A stretch of DNA of 32,000 bases from Candidatus Syntropharchaeum caldarium. GTDB lineage: Archaea; Halobacteriota; Syntropharchaeia; Syntropharchaeales; Syntropharchaeaceae. The position numbers and the translations under genes are program-made. The stretch covers positions 9,653-41,652 of the forward strand of contig LYOS01000008.1 of NCBI GenBank assembly GCA_001766815.1, written 5' to 3'. This document shows, in pieces, positions 9,488-16,626 of this stretch (its first letter is position 1; the number at the start of each line of letters is the position of its first letter). The notes beneath the pieces are model-generated. The model did no database searches and was not told the origin of the DNA. It was given only the letters and a program-made list of their open reading frames with translations.

Positions 9488-10081
9488 ATGATAAGAGATC
9501 TGATAAAGAAGAACAGGAGCTATCGGCGGTTTTATGAAGATGAAACGATAGAACCTGAGACGCTTATGGAACTCATCGATCTTGCAAGGCTCTCTGCATC
9601 AGCAGCAAATCTGCAACCTCTAAAGTACATCCTTTCTCACGATCCTGCTACAAATGCGCTGATATTTCCACGTCTTTCATGGGCCGGGTATCTGAAAGGT
9701 GCAGGCACACCACCCAGGGGCGAGCGACCGTCCGCGTACATTATTATCCTCGGTGATACCGAGATAAGCAAGACCTTCTGGTGTGATCACGGAATCGCGG
9801 CTCAGAGCATCCTTCTTGGTGCAACCGAGATGGGTCTTGGTGGCTGTATGATTGGAGCAATAGATCGTGATGGGCTAAGAAGAGATCTCAATATCCCGTC
9901 ACGCTACAAGATACTTCTCGCCATCGCGCTTGGCAAGCCAAAGGAAACGGTAATAATCGAAACGGTTGGGAAGGATGGTGATATTAAATACTGGCGTGAC
10001 ACAGAGGGTCGCCACCACGTACCAAAGAGGAAACTGGATGAATTGATCCTGAACCTGTCTTACGATCGATCAGCTTTATAA
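9488..10081 (+). CDS. Nitroreductase family protein
   Basis: It begins MIRDLIKKNRSYRRF...LIDLARLSASAANLQPLKYIL, typical of the NADH oxidase/nitroreductase fold. ATG 9488 is preferred over the track start at 9446. Confidence 0.8.
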   Translation: MIRDLIKKNRSYRRFYEDETIEPETLMELIDLARLSASAANLQPLKYILSHDPATNALIFPRLSWAGYLKGAGTPPRGERPSAYIIILGDTEISKTFWCDHGIAAQSILLGATEMGLGGCMIGAIDRDGLRRDLNIPSRYKILLAIALGKPKETVIIETVGKDGDIKYWRDTEGRHHVPKRKLDELILNLSYDRSAL

Positions 10082-10129
10082 TGATCAGGGTCTATTTACA
10101 AGCGTGGATGGAGGAATGGGTGAATAAAA

Positions 10130-10780
10130 ATGGCAAAAAGTTTTCTGGATCAGCTTGAAGAACTTGAGGACGATGTCATTGAGATGGGCAAGCTCTCGAT
10201 AGATACGATAACCACAAGTGTAAAATCGCTGGTTGAGCAGGATGTGGAGCTTGCCAACCGCGTCCTCGAGATGGGGGTTGAGATCAACGCAATGGAGCTC
10301 TCAATCGAAAATAAGTGTATGAAACTTCTTGCACTCCAGCAACCACTGGCAAAGGATCTGAGGATGATTGGAACCTGCTTGAAGATTATAACCGATCTTG
10401 ATCGGGTATCAGACCTCTCGGCAGATATCGCAGAAATTGCGATAAAAACAGCAAATGAGCCGTTCATCAAACCGCTGATTGATATTCCACGTATGGCAGA
10501 TTTTGTTACTTCGATGCTGAATGATAGCCTGACCGCCTTCAAGGAACGGGATGCGGAACTTGCAATGACGATGGGTAAGCGGGATGACACGGTTGATGCG
10601 CTCTATGATCAGATCCGCCGCGAGCTCATCACGTTCATGATCGAAGATCCGAGAAAAATTGCAAACGCATCGCATCTCTCTTTTGTGGCACGATATCTTG
10701 AGCGGATCGGTGATCACGCCTGTAATATTGCAGCCAGAGTTGTTTACATGGTTACAGGAAAACGGGTTAAAATCGAGTGA
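10130..10780 (+). CDS. phoU: PhoU-family phosphate uptake regulator
   Basis: 216 aa with two PhoU repeats. Signature stretches include LLALQQPLAKDLRMI and ARYLERIGDHACNIA. Confidence 0.85.
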   Translation: MAKSFLDQLEELEDDVIEMGKLSIDTITTSVKSLVEQDVELANRVLEMGVEINAMELSIENKCMKLLALQQPLAKDLRMIGTCLKIITDLDRVSDLSADIAEIAIKTANEPFIKPLIDIPRMADFVTSMLNDSLTAFKERDAELAMTMGKRDDTVDALYDQIRRELITFMIEDPRKIANASHLSFVARYLERIGDHACNIAARVVYMVTGKRVKIE

Positions 10781-10793
10781 CATTATTTAAGGG

Positions 10794-11609
10794 ATGGCGC
10801 AGGATTTTAGTTTGATGTTCAAGGATGAATTTCTTAAGCATACACGGGTTGCTATAACATACCGAGTCGAAAAGCCTGTGATGGATGAACCGATATTTAT
10901 CGAGGGATTGAGTGGAATAGGTAATGTTGGATTGATCGCCGCAAGCCATCTGGTACGAGATGCAGGAATGAAGAAACTTGCAGATGTTTACTCACCGTAT
11001 TTTATCAATCCAGGTACGCCTATACCCGGTATCATGTACACCGACGGTGTGGCAGAACTTCCGAAGGACGAAATATATTACGATCTTGAGCGAAATCTAA
11101 TCATAATTCTTGGGTTCTATCAGGGAAGCACACCAAACTCTTACTACCGACTTGCAGATAGCATACTCGATCTCTGTGATGACTTTGGGGTAAGGAGGAT
11201 ATTCACACTCGGAGGTTATGGCACAGGACAGTACCTGGAAAACCCTGCGGTTCACGGAGTTGCAACCAGCAAGGATCTTGTCGATCTCCTGAAAGCACAT
11301 GGTGTACGTATTGATGAGGGCCAGAAAGGGCCAATCACCGGGATCTCAGGACTCCTTATTGGGCTTGGGAAGGAACGTGGGTTTGATGGTATATGTCTTC
11401 TTGGAGAGACATTTGGGGAGTATCCTGATCCAAAAGCTGCAAAGGCTGTTCTTGAGGCACTATGCAGTATAATCAATATAGAGGTGGATATGAGCGAGCT
11501 TGATAAAGAGGTCGAACTCCTTGAGCGTGAAATCCACAGAAGAGCGATGTTGATACGGGATCAGATGGACGAAAAATCACGGAAGGAGGATCTGAGTTAT
11601 ATAGGTTGA
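10794..11609 (+). CDS. PAC2-family proteasome assembly chaperone-like protein
   Basis: FIEGLSGIGNVGLIAASHLV near the N-terminus, the overall length and an acidic coiled C-terminal tail fit archaeal PAC2 (COG1938) proteins. The start is uncertain, with several in-frame Met codons. Confidence 0.7.
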   Translation: MAQDFSLMFKDEFLKHTRVAITYRVEKPVMDEPIFIEGLSGIGNVGLIAASHLVRDAGMKKLADVYSPYFINPGTPIPGIMYTDGVAELPKDEIYYDLERNLIIILGFYQGSTPNSYYRLADSILDLCDDFGVRRIFTLGGYGTGQYLENPAVHGVATSKDLVDLLKAHGVRIDEGQKGPITGISGLLIGLGKERGFDGICLLGETFGEYPDPKAAKAVLEALCSIINIEVDMSELDKEVELLEREIHRRAMLIRDQMDEKSRKEDLSYIG

Positions 11610-11695
11610 GCCATCAGCAATTAAAATGGAGGGGAAATGAAATTTAACCCCGAGGAACAATAAAGGTCTGTATGAGGTATTGAGGAAATGATGAA

Positions 11696-11806
11696 ATGCA
11701 CAGCCACCACGCATACCTGCAGGGGTATGCACAAAAATATGAGAAATTTGTGCATACTGGTCTGGGTATGCACAGGCATTGTGCATACTCTTCAGAAGAC
11801 GCACAA
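11696..11806. repeat. Array of inverted 9-bp repeats GTATGCACA / TGTGCATAC upstream of tRNA-Cys
   Basis: There are four exact copies: GTATGCACA at 11725-11733 and 11766-11774, and TGTGCATAC at 11749-11757 and 11780-11788. Degenerate copies are ATGCACA at ~11697, CGCATAC at ~11711 and CGCACA at ~11800. Confidence 0.7.
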
Positions 11807-11875
11807 AAAAATCAAAAGACATACCATTACCCAAACTCTTATATGTAACTATCGTTAATTCTATTATATATGAAT

Positions 11876-11947
11876 GCCGGGGTGACCGAGTGGCATAGGT
11901 GCACGGCTGCAGACCGTGATACCTGGGTTCGAATCCCAGCCCCGGCC
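11876..11947 (+). tRNA. tRNA-Cys (anticodon GCA)
   Basis: The acceptor stem is GCCGGGG/CCCCGGC. The anticodon stem CACGG/CCGTG closes the loop CTGCAGA. The T-arm is CTGGG-TTCGAAT-CCCAG. No CCA is encoded. Confidence 0.9.
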
Positions 11948-11950
11948 TTT

Positions 11951-13363
11951 ATGCAGATATACAACACGATGACACAGACTAAAGAGGAATTCAGTCCGAT
12001 CCATGAAAATCGGGTGAATCTCTTTGTATGTGGTCCAACCGTCTATGATCATGCACACATCGGTCATGCACGAACATACATCGCCTTTGACGTTGTTGCA
12101 AGGTATTTAAGATTCAAGGGTTTTAGTGTATTCTATCTTCAAAATATCACAGATCTGGATGATAAAATACTAAATAGAGCAGAAGAACTTGGAATAGATC
12201 CTTTAGAACTTGCAAGAAGGTTTGAAAAGGAGTATCATAAGGATATGGAGGCGCTTGGGGTAAGGAGTGTGAACTTTCATGCAAGGGCAACAGAACACAT
12301 CGATGCGATAATAGATCAGATCGGGGTACTGATCGATAAGGGCTTTGCATACGTGACCGATAACGGTGTTTACTTCGATGAGTCGAAGTTTGAAGACTTC
12401 GGAAAGTTATCACATCAGCGATTGGATGATCTCACCCATCACAGGATCGAGCCAGACCCTTTGAAACGAAACCCCGGTGACTTTGCACTCTGGAAAAAGC
12501 GAGAAGACCCACCTGCATGGGATTCACCATGGGGTAAGGGAAGACCAGGCTGGCATATCGAGGATACGGCGATCACGTCAGAATATTTTGGAGCGCAGTA
12601 TGACATACATGGCGGTGCAAAGGATCTGATATTTCCACACCACGAAGCAGAGATCGCCCAGATGGAATCAGCCTCTGGTAAGAAACCGATGGTCAATTAC
12701 TGGATGCACACAGGATTTTTGAATGTTAAAGAAGAGAAGATGTCGAAGTCGCTTGGAAACTTTATAACGATCAGGGAAATGCTCGAACGTTGCAGCCCCG
12801 CGGTATTCAGGTTATTTATACTCTCAACACACTACAGAAGTCCTATAGATTATAGTGAAGAAGCTCTGGAACAGGCTGCAAGCAGTTTTGAGCGTATCCG
12901 CGGGGCGGTTGAGACAGTGCGTCTGCTTATGAGAGAAGTAGAGCAGGGATCAACTCACGAGGATTCGGATTTTCGTGCAAAGGTTCTTGATGCCAGAAAT
13001 AACTTTTTTAGGGCGATGGATGATGATTTCAACACCCCACTTGCGCTCTCAGTTGTCTTCGATCTTATACGGGATCTGAATCGATATACAATGGAGAATA
13101 CACTCTCTATCCAGACGCTCGACGTACTGAACCGTTTCTTCACTGAACTTGAAACGATATTCGGGTTTGAGTTTGGGGTAAGCAGGGGGGACGAGGAAAT
13201 GGTTGATAAACTTCTAAATATCGTGATGTGCATAAGAGATGAACACAGAGCAAAGGGTGAATGGGAAAAATCTGACTGGATACGGGATGAGCTTAAAAAT
13301 ATCGGTGTTATTGTGGAGGACTCTGCCAATAAAAGTAGGTACAGGGTCATAAGGAGAAATTAA
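11951..13363 (+). CDS. cysS: Cysteinyl-tRNA synthetase
   Basis: MQIYNTMTQTKEEFSPI...VCGPTVYDHAHIGHARTY carries the HIGH motif, and KMSKSLGN is present. The track ORF start (11870) reads through the tRNA gene. The canonical CysRS N-terminus begins at ATG 11951. Confidence 0.95.
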   Translation: MQIYNTMTQTKEEFSPIHENRVNLFVCGPTVYDHAHIGHARTYIAFDVVARYLRFKGFSVFYLQNITDLDDKILNRAEELGIDPLELARRFEKEYHKDMEALGVRSVNFHARATEHIDAIIDQIGVLIDKGFAYVTDNGVYFDESKFEDFGKLSHQRLDDLTHHRIEPDPLKRNPGDFALWKKREDPPAWDSPWGKGRPGWHIEDTAITSEYFGAQYDIHGGAKDLIFPHHEAEIAQMESASGKKPMVNYWMHTGFLNVKEEKMSKSLGNFITIREMLERCSPAVFRLFILSTHYRSPIDYSEEALEQAASSFERIRGAVETVRLLMREVEQGSTHEDSDFRAKVLDARNNFFRAMDDDFNTPLALSVVFDLIRDLNRYTMENTLSIQTLDVLNRFFTELETIFGFEFGVSRGDEEMVDKLLNIVMCIRDEHRAKGEWEKSDWIRDELKNIGVIVEDSANKSRYRVIRRN

Positions 13364-13364
13364 G

Positions 13365-14234
13365 ATGGATCAGCATATAATTGAGACATTGGGGAAGACA
13401 AAGGTCTTTGTAGAGGATGGAAAGGTTGTGAAGGTTGAACACGCAGAGAAACGACTTGAATACTGCCCTGTGGTTGAGAAAGTATTTGGCATCCAGAACC
13501 TCATGGATGATTCCGCCAGGCTTGGGGTTGAGCGGCGTATCGAGCGATGGGGGATGTGCACACCAGCGAGGAAGATCAAAGAGACGACCGAGTCCTTCGT
13601 GAGCTTTGGGGCATCCGAGATCCTGAGTAATGCGCTTAACGATGGACTGATTGATGCAGCGGTTACAGTCTGTGATGGTGCGGGCACGGTGATAACCGAC
13701 CAAGGTGATGTGATGCAGGGAATAGGTGTTGCGATGTCCGGGCTCACCCTCACCTCACCGATAGTAGAGGTTATAAGAAACCTTGAAGGAGAAGGCGCGA
13801 TTATTCTTGATCCTGAACGTGCCAGCATCGACCAGGTTGCCGGGTTGGAGCGTGCATTCAAAGACCACGATTGTGTTGGTGTCACACTCACATCTCCAGA
13901 CGTTGCAAAGATGTGCAGAGATGTTGAGAAGGCAAATCCTGGTAAGAAAGCGGTTCTCTTCGGGGTGCACACAACCGGTCTGAGCCGGGATGATGCAAAG
14001 GCCTTGATAGATACTGTAGATCTCACAACAGGATGTGCTTCAAGACATTTACGTTCTCAGATAGGAGAAATGGCTCTACTTCAGGTTGGACGTTCTGTCC
14101 CGATCTTTGCGATCACACAGACGGGCAAGGAGTTGATCTTAAACCGCATGAAACACATCACGACACAGCTATTTGTTGAGACAAGAACGCTCCCTGAGTT
14201 AAAGGATGAAGATCAACCAAGTCCACTCTTCTAA
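13365..14234 (+). CDS. DUF2099-like protein, probable 'methanogenesis marker protein 8'
   Basis: 289 aa. MDQHIIETLGKTKVFVEDGKVV...YCP... and CDGAGTVIT...QG.G..MSG match my recollection of the DUF2099/TIGR03275 family. I could not verify this here. The ATG lies 1 nt after the cysS stop, and AGGAG sits inside the cysS 3' end. Confidence 0.5.
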   Translation: MDQHIIETLGKTKVFVEDGKVVKVEHAEKRLEYCPVVEKVFGIQNLMDDSARLGVERRIERWGMCTPARKIKETTESFVSFGASEILSNALNDGLIDAAVTVCDGAGTVITDQGDVMQGIGVAMSGLTLTSPIVEVIRNLEGEGAIILDPERASIDQVAGLERAFKDHDCVGVTLTSPDVAKMCRDVEKANPGKKAVLFGVHTTGLSRDDAKALIDTVDLTTGCASRHLRSQIGEMALLQVGRSVPIFAITQTGKELILNRMKHITTQLFVETRTLPELKDEDQPSPLF

Positions 14235-14246
14235 AGGGGACGACTT

Positions 14247-14591
14247 ATGCCAAGAGAACTGGATGATAAGGATGTTTCGCTCCTGAAACGGCTTGCTCCA
14301 GAACTGGACGAGATCGTGTGTGAACACTCAAGGGTGCCGTACAGGTCGATACTCCCACCGCTTGCAAATCACTTCGCACGCGATCTTGCTGATTTTGAGA
14401 GGCGACTTGGGGGTTTGAACAATGATGAGCTTTCATATCTTGTAGATTTAGTTATGAGGGGTTTGGAGAGTTTATCGTGCATGAATCCAGATTATGCAGA
14501 GGTTTTTCTCAGATTGGTTGAGGATAAGATCTCGAAAGAAACTGCAAAACGGGTGACTGCGAGATATATTGAGGGGATATGTGAGTTGTAA
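14247..14591 (+). CDS. Hypothetical protein (114 aa)
   Basis: The ORF starts 12 nt after the preceding stop on the same strand. I recognise no family. Confidence 0.45.
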   Translation: MPRELDDKDVSLLKRLAPELDEIVCEHSRVPYRSILPPLANHFARDLADFERRLGGLNNDELSYLVDLVMRGLESLSCMNPDYAEVFLRLVEDKISKETAKRVTARYIEGICEL

Positions 14592-14609
14592 GAAGACTAC
14601 CCAATGTAT

Positions 14610-14988
14610 CTACCGAGATTCATCTCTTCTTCGCCTGTAATCTGCTATTGCAGCGTGAAGCGCATCTGCTGCAAGGTTTGAACAGTGCATCTTGATCGGT
14701 GGGAGGCCATCAAGTTCATCAGCAACATCGTTCCTTGTGATCTCTAGCGCCTCATCAAGGCTCTTATTCTTTGCGAGTTCGGTTATCATCGAGCTTGTCG
14801 CAATCGCTGCAGCACACCCAAATGTCTTGAACTTTACATCCTTCAGGCGATCTCCCTCGACCTTAATGTAGATCGTCATCAGATCTCCGCATGTAGGATT
14901 TCCGACCTCACCAATACCGTCTGGATTCTCGATCTCTCCCATATTTTTTTGGGTTCTGGAAATGCTCCATCACCTTCTGACTGTACAT
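14610..14988 (-). CDS. iscU: Fe-S cluster scaffold IscU/NifU-N, interrupted by an apparent 1-nt insertion in an A7 run
   Basis: The track ORF 14610..14942 gives MGEIENPDGIGEVGNPTCGD...FGCAAAIATSS...HCS, the three conserved Cys. The canonical N-terminus MYSQKVMEHFQNPK is encoded from ATG 14988, in the adjacent frame. That ATG lies 2 nt after the iscS stop. The two frames join if one A of A7 (T7 on + strand, 14944-14950) is removed. Confidence 0.85.
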
Positions 14989-14990
14989 CT

Positions 14991-16154
14991 TCACTTCCCC
15001 CACAATGGCGAGATCTCTCTGAGTCTCTCAACTGCTCGCGGCAGCACTTCCAGAAAATAGTCCACCTCTTCACGCGTATTGAATCTGCTAAGTGTTAATC
15101 TGAGTGAGCCATGTGCAGCCACCTCATCAAGCCCGATCGCCATGAGAACATGTGATGCTGCAAGCTTCTTTGAGGAGCAGGCAGAACCTGTTGATGCCGC
15201 AATACCCTCAAGATCGAGGCTCATGAGGAGCGATTCCCCTTCGATTGCCGTAAACCTGAAATGCGCGTTGTTACATAGCCTATCTACCGGGTGCCCGTTC
15301 AGATACGCCGCCTCTATTCCTTCAAGCACACCCTTGATCAACCGATCTCTCAAACCCGACATGTAAGGAATATCTCTACTCATCCGCTCCAATGCAATCT
15401 GACACGCCTTCCCAAATCCGACGATCCCAGGAATATTCTCGGTACTGCTCCTCAATCCCTTCTCATGTCCGCCGCCATGTATTATCGGTGCGATAAGCGT
15501 ACCTTTTCTGATAAAAAGCGCTCCAACGCCTTTTGGACCGTGGATCTTGTGCGAAGAGATCGAGAGTATATCGGCTTTCATCGTTTCCAGATCGATCGGA
15601 ATCTTTCCCACTGACTGAACCGCATCAGTATGGAATGGGATGCCCTTATCGCCTGCAATCTCACTGATTTTTTCAATTGGCTGGATTGTCCCGATCTCGT
15701 TGTTTGCATGCATGATCGTGATCAGAATCGTATCATTCCTTATTGCATCCTCCACGTCCTGTGGGTTTACCCTTCCGTATCGATCAACACCAATGTATGT
15801 CAGATCAAATCCTTGCTTCTCGAGCGCCCTGCATGTCTCAAGCACCGCAGGATGTTCGATTGCACTTGTTATGATATGTCCGCTGCCTTTGCGGTATGCA
15901 ATCCCCTTTATCGCCAGATTATCAGACTCTGTGCCACCTGCAGTGAAGATGACTTCTCTGGGGTCTGCACCGATTAAATCTGCAACCTTTGACCTTGCAT
16001 CCTCCATTGCACTCTTTGCCTCACGCCCAAACTGATGGAGGCTTGATGCGTTTCCATATTTTTTTGTAAAATACGGAAGCATCGCTTCTACAACATCAGG
16101 ATCGACGCAGCTTGTTGCAGCGTTATCAAGATATATTCTGCGCAATTTCACCAT
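14991..16154 (-). CDS. iscS: Cysteine desulfurase (NifS/IscS class V aminotransferase)
   Basis: Family motifs are IYLDNAATS, the PLP-lysine motif [10 protein letters not shown] and the active-site loop STGSACSS. I prefer the start [14 protein letters not shown] at 16154. The track gives 16205. Confidence 0.92.
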   Translation of the reverse strand: MVKLRRIYLDNAATSCVDPDVVEAMLPYFTKKYGNASSLHQFGREAKSAMEDARSKVADLIGADPREVIFTAGGTESDNLAIKGIAYRKGSGHIITSAIEHPAVLETCRALEKQGFDLTYIGVDRYGRVNPQDVEDAIRNDTILITIMHANNEIGTIQPIEKISEIAGDKGIPFHTDAVQSVGKIPIDLETMKADILSISSHKIHGPKGVGALFIRKGTLIAPIIHGGGHEKGLRSSTENIPGIVGFGKACQIALERMSRDIPYMSGLRDRLIKGVLEGIEAAYLNGHPVDRLCNNAHFRFTAIEGESLLMSLDLEGIAASTGSACSSKKLAASHVLMAIGLDEVAAHGSLRLTLSRFNTREEVDYFLEVLPRAVERLREISPLWGK

Positions 16155-16488
16155 CCTCTTCTCTATCAGGTATTCCCGCAACCACTGCATCATGCCCTGT
16201 TGCATCGACGACTATCTTTGATTCAATCGCAACAGGATCGACACAGGTGATGGCACGTGGAAGGGCAGATACCGGTGTCCAGTTTATGACCACTCCCTGG
16301 ACACGTTCGTTCTTTAGCACAACGTCATCGAATTTTGTCATATTCAGTACCTTGACTCCTGCAACACACACCCCATCCTGTACTTCTACTTCTATATATG
16401 GAACTCCTATCTCATCGAGGTCCTGGCTGAACCCTGATAGGATCGCCCTTGTAACATCTTTCTCAGATACTGGTGCAAATATTATATC
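16126..16488 (-). pseudogene. thi4: Relic of thiazole synthase Thi4 (internal deletions, C-terminal truncation, no ATG)
   Basis: My translation of the open frame is [48 protein letters not shown]...[44 protein letters not shown]... It keeps Thi4 N-terminal and mid-region signatures. It lacks the VAIVGAGPSG dinucleotide-binding segment and the last ~60 aa. Its end overlaps the iscS start. Confidence 0.7.
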
Positions 16489-16626
16489 TTACATACTTTA
16501 CATAACTATAGTTAAGTTAACAATGGTGAACTATATAAAGTTTTGGATTAACGGGCTTTACTGCCCTGTCTGGTATTTATCTCGCATTTGAAGCTCATGC
16601 GGTCTATCACAATTGATATGGCTTCG

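Noticed and set aside
11577-11834. 85-aa minus-strand ORF across the PAC2/tRNA-Cys intergenic region
   Set aside because: Its sequence is dictated by the inverted 9-mer array (repeated ..HNACAYP../..VHTPAG..). It has no SD and no family resemblance. I treat the region as non-coding repeats.
11870-11950. Upstream 27 codons of the 497-aa 'cysS' ORF
   Set aside because: These codons are the tRNA-Cys gene read as protein (MNAGVTEWHRCTAADRDTWVRIPAPAF). CysRS homology starts at ATG 11951.
13370-14026. 218-aa minus-strand ORF
   Set aside because: It is antisense to the DUF2099-like gene. It is Ser/Thr/Pro-rich low complexity.
14940-14990. Programmed -1 ribosomal frameshifting on A AAA AAA U to rescue iscU
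   Set aside because: A -1 slip from the upstream frame lands in the third frame, not the IscU frame. Only a +1/-2 event or loss of one A (an error, or transcriptional slippage) restores the protein. I therefore report it as an apparent insertion, not a recoding signal.
16112-16591. 159-aa + strand ORF
   Set aside because: It is antisense to the thi4 relic and the iscS 5' end. It is Ser/Thr-rich with no motif.
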